A DNA stretch of 63,556 nt from an uncultured Desulfobacteraceae bacterium (GTDB lineage Bacteria > Desulfobacterota > Syntrophobacteria > BM002): assembly GCA_964346905.1 (NCBI GenBank), contig CAYFXH010000005.1, forward strand, positions 1 through 63,556. Reading direction: 5' to 3'. Of this stretch, positions 45,815 through 54,128 are shown piece after piece. The notes under the pieces are model-generated. The model saw only the letters and a list, made by a program, of their open reading frames with translations. It did not search any database and was not told the origin of the DNA. Each line of letters begins with the position of its first letter. Within the stretch, counting starts at the first letter, position 1. The position numbers and the translations under genes were made by a program.

Positions 45815-46638
45815 ACTCCTGTATTCTCTGCCAGACGCGCCAGTTTCGACCCTTCACTCGCGAGGGCGAATGGCAGTACCTTCGCTGTCTTACCTGCGGT
45901 CTCATTTTTCTCGAGCAGCAACCCTCAAGCAGTTTTTTGCAGGATCATTATCAGGATTATCTCCCTGGTGATCCCCAAGGGATAGAGAGTTGGCGCCAAC
46001 TGATGGCCCAGGTATTTGCCAAGAGCGCCAGTCTCATTCAGGAAGAAATCACCGTGCCGGGACGGTTACTGGACGTCGGCTGCGGTTATGGTTTTTTTTT
46101 GAAAGAGATGGCTCGCCGGGGCTGGCAGGTGGAGGGAATTGAAATCTCAGCTACGGGCTTAGGCTACGCCCGAGACAATTTGGGACTTCAGGTCTCAGAC
46201 AAACCCCTGCCGCGACCCGAGTGGCAAGATAATTGCTACGACGTTATCACGTTATTTTATGTGATAGAGCACCTGCAGGATCCGAAGGGTGTGCTCAGGG
46301 AAGCTTATCGGCTTCTTCGCTCCGGTGGGTTGCTGCTCCTAAGATGGCCACACACCGCTCCCATCGTGAGGATGTTAAAACCCTGGGCGGACCGGCTGAA
46401 ACTCTATCAGGCCCCCTCTCATTTGTTTGACTTTTCGCCAATGACTCTATATAAAATTTTACATCAGTCGGGTTTTCATGAGATCCGGACAACTGTCTGT
46501 GGTTGGACCAGGCCAGCCGGAAAACGAGCGCGTCTAGCGGCGTGGTTCTTTGGCAGTTTAGGCGAGAAGCTGGCACGGATAAGCCGTAATCGTATGTTGT
46601 TGCCGGGTGTGAGCAAAACCACTTTGGCCCGGCGATGA
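45811..46638 (+). CDS. Class I SAM-dependent methyltransferase with an N-terminal Cys4 zinc-ribbon
   Basis: The GTG at 45811 overlaps the upstream TGA (GTGA). Contains CILCQ...CLTCG and then LLDVGCGYGFFLKEM and a YRLLRSGGLLLL motif. Confidence 0.8.
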   Translation: MNSCILCQTRQFRPFTREGEWQYLRCLTCGLIFLEQQPSSSFLQDHYQDYLPGDPQGIESWRQLMAQVFAKSASLIQEEITVPGRLLDVGCGYGFFLKEMARRGWQVEGIEISATGLGYARDNLGLQVSDKPLPRPEWQDNCYDVITLFYVIEHLQDPKGVLREAYRLLRSGGLLLLRWPHTAPIVRMLKPWADRLKLYQAPSHLFDFSPMTLYKILHQSGFHEIRTTVCGWTRPAGKRARLAAWFFGSLGEKLARISRNRMLLPGVSKTTLARR

Positions 46639-46669
46639 ACCTTTCAATACACATCATATGAGGTAAGTC

Positions 46670-47047
46670 ATGTCCAGAATGCCCCTGATGACGGTGCTCG
46701 GTCTCGTTTCTTTTCTGATACTTTCTGGGTGTACTGCTAAGCAAGGTGTCGTTCGGCTCAACACCGAACCGCGTGGGGCGAAATACTTTGTGGATGGGAT
46801 TGAGAAAGGGACAACCCCGGCAGAATTTGAATGGGACGTCTCGCGTCCCATTTTGCTTGAGATCAGGAAAGAAGGCTACCATTCTGAACAGGAACTGCTC
46901 AATAAAGGTTGGCTCCAGTTCCAAATCAGTCAAGGGAACTATGGTGAGATTCGGATCGGCAAAGTTACTTACAAATGGACGGTAACCATTAATCGGAAGT
47001 TGAAATCCGCACCTCCGGGAGTTGCTTCCGGTATTGGAGGGCAGTAA
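46670..47047 (+). CDS. PEGA-domain lipoprotein
   Basis: 125 aa with a GAGGT RBS. The lipobox is ILSGC. Contains VRLNTEPRGAKYFVDGIEKGTTPAEF. Confidence 0.7.
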   Translation: MSRMPLMTVLGLVSFLILSGCTAKQGVVRLNTEPRGAKYFVDGIEKGTTPAEFEWDVSRPILLEIRKEGYHSEQELLNKGWLQFQISQGNYGEIRIGKVTYKWTVTINRKLKSAPPGVASGIGGQ

Positions 47048-47062
47048 AGTGGTCCAACCCTC

Positions 47063-49378
47063 ATGGAGCACTCGAGGACTGGAGGCCTGGATTCCGGAAT
47101 AGACGCGATCGCGAAAAGAGATATGGAGCGACAGCAGGTGGCGACCTACTTTTCAGCTAATTCCCAAACTGGATACCATGGTACAGGACATGCAGGTTCA
47201 CGGTTTCACTCTGCAGTTAATGCGCCGGTAGTGGGCATTCCGCGTGGTCTTCTCTATTTCAGATACCAACCCTTATGGGCCACGTTTTTCTTTGATTTGG
47301 GGGTCGAGGTACGGGTGTCTCAACCCACCGAACGGTCTCGCTTCGAGACCGCTCAAAGCCTTACCCGCAGCGATCTCTGCCTGCCTGTCAAGGTTTTCTT
47401 GGACCACGTGGCCAGATTAAAAGACCAGGTGGACTATATCCTGCTACCTCGGGTGATCAGTGTCAGCCCCGACGCGTATATGTGTCCCAAGATCCTGGGG
47501 TTGACCGACATGGCTCGGAATGTGTTCTCCGATTTACCCACCCTGTTGACGCCCAGGATTAATGCCAAACTTCCCAAGCCCGAGGGATTTGCAGAAGCGT
47601 GTTTGGAGGTGGGACGGTACTTCAGCCGCAGCAGTTCACAGATACATAAAGCGTGGAAGGCTGCCCAGGGAGCTCAGGCCGAGTTCGAACAGCGGCTGCT
47701 GCGCTACCCCTTGGACGAGTCCCTGAGACCATGGGATGCGACTTTTAGTCAACGACACAGTGAACCTGGAACCGAACAGCGGTACCGGGTAGCAGTCATC
47801 GGCCGCCCTTACATCGCCTTTGATAGCGCTCTCAGTCACGATCTCCTCAATCTACTTAAGCGGGACAGCGTACAGGTCGTCACCCCAGAATCCCTGCCTT
47901 TCGAGGTGAAGGAAAAGGAGAGTCAGAGGCTGTCGAAGCAGGTGTACTGGCAGTTGGGTAAAGAACTGGTAGCAGCGGCCATGCACTACATGAAATGTCC
48001 TGATGTGGATGGCATCGTTAATGTCTCCAGTTTTGGCTGTGGGCAGGATTCGTTCACCAACGCGCTGGTGGAGTATTACGTCACCAAACACTCAGAGAAA
48101 GCATATCTCAATCTGGTCCTGGATGAGCACACAGCCGACGCCGGGTTGAATACCCGAGTGGAGGCGTTCCTGGACATGGTGGACCAGAGGAAAAAAAACG
48201 GAGTTTCAGGGTCAAGAGAGCTTAAGGAGGATGCAGAGCCACTTAGATCCAAGAAGCTTGTAAAGCAACCCAAACCCCATGACATGCACCTGACCATTCC
48301 CCATATGGGTCATCTCCACCTGGGCTTCGAGCAGGTGTTCAAGAATCTCGGCGTGCACATAACCATGCCGCCCCGCCCCAACAAAGAAGCTTTGCTGTTG
48401 GGTACGCGCTATTCCCCTGAGTGTGCCTGCCTGCCGTTTAAATTCAATCTGGGCAACATGATCCAGGCGATGAATCAAGGCGCCACCGACATCATGATGC
48501 CCGGCGGCTTCGGTCCCTGCCGTTTTGGTTACTACAGCGTGATCCAGGAACAGATCCTGCGGGATCTCGGCTACGAGTTCAGAATGGGTCGTGCAGATGA
48601 CCCGGACAGTCTCCGTGACATGCTCGATATGGTCAAGAGAATCGCGGGACTGAATACTAAGTGGGACTCCTACAAGGTCTTTTTCTTTATTCTCCATCGT
48701 CTCGCCCTGGTGGACTGGTCCCTACGGCGGGCCCACTGGTTGCGGCCCAGAGAAATTGACAGACGTTCCACTGACCGGGCTCTTCGTCGTTGCCTGAAGA
48801 TAATTGACCAGACAAGTAGATTCCGCGACTTGTGGCGAGCAAAGCAGGAGGTGCGTCGGGTATTGGCCTCGGTTGCTTACGACCGCAGCCGCCCCGTTCT
48901 CCGGGTAGGCATTGTCGGCGAGATATTCATGGTGCTGGAAAATTACGCCAACATGAATGTGGAAGAACGGCTGGGGGAGATGGGAGTTGAGGTCCATCGT
49001 GGCGTTTGGCTGAGTGACTGGCTCAATGACCGCTATCGTTTTAAACTCTTCAGGCGGAATCAATTCAAGTGGTCCCTCAGTCAGGCAGCACCATACTTGT
49101 GCGAACCCAGTGGGGGTGAAAGCGTGAAATCCATAGGCAAATCTGTCTGCTTTGCCAAAAAGGGATTTGACGGAATCGTCCATCTGATGCCCTTCACGTG
49201 CATGCCGGAGCTGGTGGCCCAGACGATTCTGACCAAAGTGTCAAGCGATTATAATATCCCGGTGCTTACCCTAATCTTCGATGAGCATACTTCGCCTGGT
49301 GGGGTGCAAACCCGGCTGGAGGCCTTTGTAGATCTGATACACCGTAAAAGAGGTTTAAAGGGAAAAAATGGCGATTAA
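47063..49378 (+). CDS. 2-hydroxyacyl-CoA dehydratase / benzoyl-CoA reductase-superfamily protein (DUF2229-type N-half + HgdB/D-component-like C-half)
   Basis: 771 aa. VGIPRGLLYFRYQPLWATFFFDLGVEVRVSQPT...DLCLPVKVFLDHV is typical of the CoA-enzyme-activase-associated domain. The second half has RVGIVGEIFMVLENYANMNVEERLGEMGVEV and MPFTCMPE. Confidence 0.7.
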   Translation: MEHSRTGGLDSGIDAIAKRDMERQQVATYFSANSQTGYHGTGHAGSRFHSAVNAPVVGIPRGLLYFRYQPLWATFFFDLGVEVRVSQPTERSRFETAQSLTRSDLCLPVKVFLDHVARLKDQVDYILLPRVISVSPDAYMCPKILGLTDMARNVFSDLPTLLTPRINAKLPKPEGFAEACLEVGRYFSRSSSQIHKAWKAAQGAQAEFEQRLLRYPLDESLRPWDATFSQRHSEPGTEQRYRVAVIGRPYIAFDSALSHDLLNLLKRDSVQVVTPESLPFEVKEKESQRLSKQVYWQLGKELVAAAMHYMKCPDVDGIVNVSSFGCGQDSFTNALVEYYVTKHSEKAYLNLVLDEHTADAGLNTRVEAFLDMVDQRKKNGVSGSRELKEDAEPLRSKKLVKQPKPHDMHLTIPHMGHLHLGFEQVFKNLGVHITMPPRPNKEALLLGTRYSPECACLPFKFNLGNMIQAMNQGATDIMMPGGFGPCRFGYYSVIQEQILRDLGYEFRMGRADDPDSLRDMLDMVKRIAGLNTKWDSYKVFFFILHRLALVDWSLRRAHWLRPREIDRRSTDRALRRCLKIIDQTSRFRDLWRAKQEVRRVLASVAYDRSRPVLRVGIVGEIFMVLENYANMNVEERLGEMGVEVHRGVWLSDWLNDRYRFKLFRRNQFKWSLSQAAPYLCEPSGGESVKSIGKSVCFAKKGFDGIVHLMPFTCMPELVAQTILTKVSSDYNIPVLTLIFDEHTSPGGVQTRLEAFVDLIHRKRGLKGKNGD

Positions 49379-49895
49379 CTCTTGCTTGGAAAATCCTCCC
49401 ATGACACGGTTCGCCACTTTGCTCGCCTTCATTTTCTGTCTCACTTCATTGAATTCTGTCTTGGCTGATAACGAAATTACTCATGAGGACAAATGCCGGG
49501 TGTGGAAAACGTACGTAGACCGCAGGGTAGCACGGTACCGCGAAGAAATAGAGGTGATGAGTACAAAACAGGCCTCCCTAGAGGAGAGGCTCGCCCGCCC
49601 CGAGTCCTTGAAAAACGAGAGGGAGAGGTCGATGTATCAGGAAAAAGCGGCGTCGGCTCAGGAAAAGATCCGTTTAAACCAACTAAAAATCGACCGATTC
49701 CAGCAGCGAAGAAATTGTGCATATGCTGCCGGACTTTCCCCAATCAAATACCGCTACTGCAAGTGGGTGCTTGAGGCCTCCAGGCAGGGAAAATCCACTG
49801 GTGCTAAACTCATGGCCTTCGTGAGCGAGATGGGTAACGCCACCAAGGAGGAACTCTACCAGCTGCGAGAGTGGTTGCATGATCTGGGCGAGTAA
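49368..49895 (+). CDS. Secreted coiled-coil hypothetical protein
   Basis: 175 aa with a signal-like segment TRFATLLAFIFCLTSLNSVLA. It overlaps the upstream stop. I recognise no family. Confidence 0.45.
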   Translation: MAINSCLENPPMTRFATLLAFIFCLTSLNSVLADNEITHEDKCRVWKTYVDRRVARYREEIEVMSTKQASLEERLARPESLKNERERSMYQEKAASAQEKIRLNQLKIDRFQQRRNCAYAAGLSPIKYRYCKWVLEASRQGKSTGAKLMAFVSEMGNATKEELYQLREWLHDLGE

Positions 49896-49962
49896 CGCCC
49901 TGGATTCAGCATATACTGAGGCTATAGGAACTGCTTTTTCCCCAGGCCGGAGGCCAGCCACT

Positions 49963-50937
49963 CTAGAGGTCACCGGTTTCCCATTTACCGCAACGATCCC
50001 CCCACCGTACCAAGCGCTCCTGGCCTGCGGCCACCGGTACTCTGACCTCCATGACCTCGCAGCCGTTGGAGCAACCCTCACATTCAAAACCGTTGAGCTC
50101 GTAAGGTATCTCTCCAACCTCAAAACCGAGGAAGCGAGTTTGTTTGCTTGAGTCCACCACTTCCTTGGCCAAGAGCGCGGCACCAATGGCTCCCATTACC
50201 TCAAAATCAGGGGGAACAACCAATCCTTTTCCCAGAACTCGCTCAAACGCAGTTCGCATGCCCACATTTGCAGCTACACCACCCTGAAACAGAATAGGTT
50301 GGCGTAGCTCCTGGCTCTTGACCAGATTGTTCATATAATTGCGCACGAGGGCCTCACATAGACCGGCGATGATATCTTCCACACTGTGGCCCATCTGCTG
50401 TTTGTGGATCATGTCCGACTCTGCAAACACGGTGCAACGACTGGCAATTTTTACCGGTTTTCTGGCTCTGAGGGCGTATTCACCAAAGGATTCAATGGGG
50501 ATTCCCAAGCGGTACGCCTGTTGGTCAAGAAAGGAACCGGTACCGGCGGCACACACCGTGTTCATGGCAAAGTCGATTACGGTGCTGTTGCGCAAGATAA
50601 TACTCTTGGAATCCTGTCCGCCAATTTCGATGATTGACTGGATGTCTGGTTCATAATGGAGGGCTGCCACAGCGTGGGTGGTGATCTCGTTCTTGATCAC
50701 ATCGGCACCTATGAGAATGCCGGCCAGGTAACGTCCACTGCCAGTGGTGCCTGCACCGGCTATGGTCAACTCTCCGTCCATTTTCTGAGCCATTTCCAGG
50801 AGACCATTTTGCATCGCCTTCATGGGTTGGCCGTGGGTGCGCAAGTACTGCTTGTGAAGCACTCGACCAGCATCATCCATGAGCACCAGGTTGGTGCTGA
50901 TGGAACCAACATCGATTCCGAGGTAAGCGGCTTTCAT
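49963..50937 (-). CDS. BadF/BadG/BcrA/BcrD-type ATPase (HgdC-like activase) with a Cys-rich C-terminal tail
   Basis: The ATG at 50937 follows AAAGGA. Contains MKAAYLGIDVGSISTNLVLMD, EIGGQDSK and CAAGTGSFLD. The tail is FECEGCSNGCEV...CGKW. Confidence 0.8.
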   Translation of the reverse strand: MKAAYLGIDVGSISTNLVLMDDAGRVLHKQYLRTHGQPMKAMQNGLLEMAQKMDGELTIAGAGTTGSGRYLAGILIGADVIKNEITTHAVAALHYEPDIQSIIEIGGQDSKSIILRNSTVIDFAMNTVCAAGTGSFLDQQAYRLGIPIESFGEYALRARKPVKIASRCTVFAESDMIHKQQMGHSVEDIIAGLCEALVRNYMNNLVKSQELRQPILFQGGVAANVGMRTAFERVLGKGLVVPPDFEVMGAIGAALLAKEVVDSSKQTRFLGFEVGEIPYELNGFECEGCSNGCEVMEVRVPVAAGQERLVRWGDRCGKWETGDL

Positions 50938-51072
50938 GGACACATCCTTTTGCAATGTCAGTTGTCCGTGGTTCGTAGTCAGTTGCATGGAAGTGTGAAA
51001 AGTCAATCCATTGAGATCATACCTTAAATGGGCACATTTGGCGACGATTCTCTTGTGGAAAATGGAGCTTTA

Positions 51073-51177
51073 CAGATTGCTGATTTCGGATCGCAGATTT
51101 CAGATTTGCCTACCTTGAAAAGGGTAATCGAAGGATTCAGCAATCTGAGATCTACAATCTGCAATCTACAATCTAAG
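51073..51177. repeat. 5x7 / spacer / 5x7 heptamer-arm hairpin element (copy 2)
   Basis: CAGATTG CTGATTT CGGATCG CAGATTT CAGATTT occupies 51073-51107. After a 35 nt spacer comes ATCTGAG ATCTACA ATCTGCA ATCTACA ATCTAAG (51143-51177). CAGATTGCTG pairs with CAGCAATCTG as a perfect 10 bp match. ACTGTGGGAG follows the element. Confidence 0.85.
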
Positions 51178-51206
51178 ACTGTGGGAGAGGCCTCGAAGCC
51201 CCGACT

Positions 51207-53792
51207 TCATCCTAATCTCCCCGTCTCCCTTTGCCCGTGTCCCCGTGGCAATCTTTGCTCACACCATGACAGCACTGCCGGCAGCAGAATGAGAGCGGCA
51301 AGAAGGCAGCTGAGGATGCCCAGGCCGGTAACCCAGCCGATGCTGCGCAGACCGGGATAATGGGAGCTCACCAAGGAACCGAACCCTATGGTGGTGGTCA
51401 AGGAGGTAAGTACAATGGCGCGACCTATTTGCCTGAGAACCACCGTTAGGCTCTGTGTCGACTCCTCTCGCCAGTGGTGGACAATGTGAATGCCATCATC
51501 AATCCCGATCCCCACGATCAGAGGCAATACAATGAAGTTGGCGTAATTAAATGGCAGTGACGCCAAGGCCATAACCCCCAACATGGCAATGATTCCGGCA
51601 ACCAGGGGAATGATAGCGAGAGCTGCAGTCAAAGGGTGTCGCAGAGCCAAAAGCAGTGCCACCGTGATAGCCACACCGGCCAGAACGAGGGAGTCGCCCA
51701 AATCTTGCCAGACCAGGCCTTTGAGATGATCTGTCAAAACCGGCCATCCGGCCAGCCGCCACTGGCTCTGACTCAGGCCACTTTCGGCCACGGCCCTTTG
51801 AAGATCCAGGGTTAAACGCTTCAGATCGCTCTTACGCCACAACCCTTCCCGGGGATAGATAAAGGTGAACAGCTTTTTGTTTTGCCCGTGACCCACCAGA
51901 AAAAGATCCAGCAAGCCCTGGAGATTGGCTTGCTGGAACGTTCCTGAATCAACCTCTCCGCTGGGCTGCACCAGTGTTCTCAACCAGCGCAGATATGCGT
52001 CGTACTCAGGGAGAAAGTGGAAACCGTTCTCCTGAAGGGCCTGTTTGAAGGAGGCTTCGATACGATCAGGATTGAGCTCCGCACCGTGGCGATGGAAGAA
52101 CTCCAGTGCCTTCCGCTGGCCCTCCGGTGCCGGCCAGTAGGAAAGAATGCTGCGATAGTGCGACAATCTCCCCGCACTCTGCAGTCGGTTCAAAGCCTTC
52201 TCAATACGCCAGGCGCGATTCAGCAGTACCGCATCGCTATCACCCTCCAAGACCAGGAGCAGATATCCGCTGGCGCCACCCAGGATGGACTCAAGTTGTT
52301 TCTCCACGGCCATGTGGTCTGCTTGTTGGGGCCGCAAAGCCCGGAGCTCTTCTTCAAAGGAGACGTCAAAGGCTGACACCCCAAGGATTGTCAACAAGAC
52401 CAGGCTGGTTGCCACAACTAGGCGTGGACGGGCTACCACGGAGCTGATCAGGGACTCGAGACCAAAGTTGGGAATAGGTCGGGCCGAGCCCAGGATTCCA
52501 CCACGGTTCTGCTGGTAAACAAGGAGAGCAGGAAGCACCACCAGCATGGCGGTGAGGCAGGCAATCATGCCCACACCGGTAATGATACCCAGTTCTTGAA
52601 ATCCCCTGAAAGAAGATGCTCCCAGAGCAAAAAAGGCTGCCGCAGTAGTCAGTCCTCCCATGAGAATTGCACGACCGCTTTTCGTCAATGCCAGGTGCAG
52701 CGCGGTTGGCTGGTTCTGACTCTGAGAGGCCTCCACATATAGGTTGAGCAAGTGTATGGCGAAGTCAATACCGAGTCCCAAGAGAACGGCGGCGAAGGCA
52801 CCGGTGAGGATGTTGACGTGGCCGAAAATAAGCTGCAAAGCCCCGAAGGTCCAGATAAGGGCCATGCCCAGTGGTAGGAGCATGAGAAAAAGGATGCGCA
52901 GCTGTCGAAAGACGAGATAAAAGAGAAGGGTAACACCGAGGAACGAGATGATGAAGCTGCTTTGCAAATCTCTACGGGTAAGAGCCTCGTCCTCCAGGGC
53001 AATGGGATATCCGCCGGCGAAAGAGACAGTGGGAGCGATAGGGTCGCCGGGGTGAGATTGCTGCCAGTTGCGAACGGCGTTTTCGGCTGCCGCCGAAACA
53101 GCAGCCATGAGACGTTTGGTGTATTCGATGTTTCGCGCCGATTGCTCGGGCCGTATGAATATCAGAAGATGACGGCGGCTCTTATCCACCAGGTAGCCAT
53201 CCTCCAGATCAAGGCCGGCAAAAGAACGCTGGGCAAACCAGCGGGAAAGCCAGAGGTGGCGCAGTCCCAGAGGGTCTCTTACGATGAGTTCCCTGACTCC
53301 ACCCTGCATTGGCATCAACAGGAGACGTTTGTTTTCTCGCACCTGATTGTGAATGGAAGCATCACTCAGCCGGTGGAGCAGATCAAGCCTTTCCTTTTCG
53401 GAGAGAAACAAGGCAGCATGAGGCATAAGAACCTCAGTGAAGAAGCGTTTCTGTTGGCTGCTAACCCTGGCCTCCAGATACCCTATGTGCGGGAAAGATG
53501 TTATTTCTTCAACAAATGCATCGACTACTTGCTTGCCGCTTTCCAGGTCTCCAGGTTCAGGGAGACTGACCAGCACGACAAGCACGTCCTGAGGGCCCGC
53601 TTCCTGCAGATCGGCCAATAGTTTTCTGGCCTGGCTGTCTCTGGACGGCATGAGAGAGTCGAGGCTGGAGTCCATTCGGAGCTGGGTGATGAGTACAATG
53701 GACAGTCCGGTGAGAAGGGCAGCGCTCAGCAGAATCAGCCGATGGCCTCGGACAATGCGGTCAGCAAGAGCTGCAAAGAGAGTCTGGGCCAT
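51207..53792 (-). CDS. MMPL/RND-superfamily (sterol-sensing-domain-type) lipid exporter
   Basis: 861 aa. It has two blocks of about 6 TM helices, each preceded by a large soluble loop. Sample motifs are GIDFAIHLLNLY and GIGIDDGIHIVHHW. Confidence 0.8.
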   Translation of the reverse strand: MAQTLFAALADRIVRGHRLILLSAALLTGLSIVLITQLRMDSSLDSLMPSRDSQARKLLADLQEAGPQDVLVVLVSLPEPGDLESGKQVVDAFVEEITSFPHIGYLEARVSSQQKRFFTEVLMPHAALFLSEKERLDLLHRLSDASIHNQVRENKRLLLMPMQGGVRELIVRDPLGLRHLWLSRWFAQRSFAGLDLEDGYLVDKSRRHLLIFIRPEQSARNIEYTKRLMAAVSAAAENAVRNWQQSHPGDPIAPTVSFAGGYPIALEDEALTRRDLQSSFIISFLGVTLLFYLVFRQLRILFLMLLPLGMALIWTFGALQLIFGHVNILTGAFAAVLLGLGIDFAIHLLNLYVEASQSQNQPTALHLALTKSGRAILMGGLTTAAAFFALGASSFRGFQELGIITGVGMIACLTAMLVVLPALLVYQQNRGGILGSARPIPNFGLESLISSVVARPRLVVATSLVLLTILGVSAFDVSFEEELRALRPQQADHMAVEKQLESILGGASGYLLLVLEGDSDAVLLNRAWRIEKALNRLQSAGRLSHYRSILSYWPAPEGQRKALEFFHRHGAELNPDRIEASFKQALQENGFHFLPEYDAYLRWLRTLVQPSGEVDSGTFQQANLQGLLDLFLVGHGQNKKLFTFIYPREGLWRKSDLKRLTLDLQRAVAESGLSQSQWRLAGWPVLTDHLKGLVWQDLGDSLVLAGVAITVALLLALRHPLTAALAIIPLVAGIIAMLGVMALASLPFNYANFIVLPLIVGIGIDDGIHIVHHWREESTQSLTVVLRQIGRAIVLTSLTTTIGFGSLVSSHYPGLRSIGWVTGLGILSCLLAALILLPAVLSWCEQRLPRGHGQRETGRLG

Positions 53793-54031
53793 AAATAAAT
53801 CTCGCCCCTCTATCCGGTGGTTTTACCTAGGTCAAGCCGTCTCATCTGGACGTGGTTAGGGAGAGATCATAACTCCCTGGAAGTATTGGAGTAGTATGAT
53901 CGTTACATGTTTCATGCCACCTGTTGTGTCCTGAAAGCTGGCACAACACACCACTACTTCATCAATCCAGTATACAACCAGATACTCCGGACGTTGCTTC
54001 TTTTCTCTTGTTAGTGTATCTGGCCTTTGCC

Positions 54032-54066
54032 AAAAAAAAAGGAGCAGGCGTTCACGTGCCTGCTCT
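54032..54066 (-). terminator. Rho-independent terminator of the ATP-grasp/radical-SAM/NHL operon
   Basis: The minus strand reads GAGCAGGC-ACGTGAAC-GCCTGCTC (8 bp stem, 8 nt loop), then C and T9. It lies 63 nt after the stop of the NHL gene. Confidence 0.8.
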
Positions 54067-54128
54067 CTACAAGGATTGCCCACTATGTACTGAGAAGGAA
54101 CCAGGTTATGGTACCCTATTCGCATCAG

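Noticed and set aside
53856-54125. 89 aa ORF between the NHL gene and the MMPL gene.
   Set aside because: It spans the strong terminator at 54032-54066. It has no RBS and no recognisable motifs, and is likely non-coding promoter/terminator DNA.
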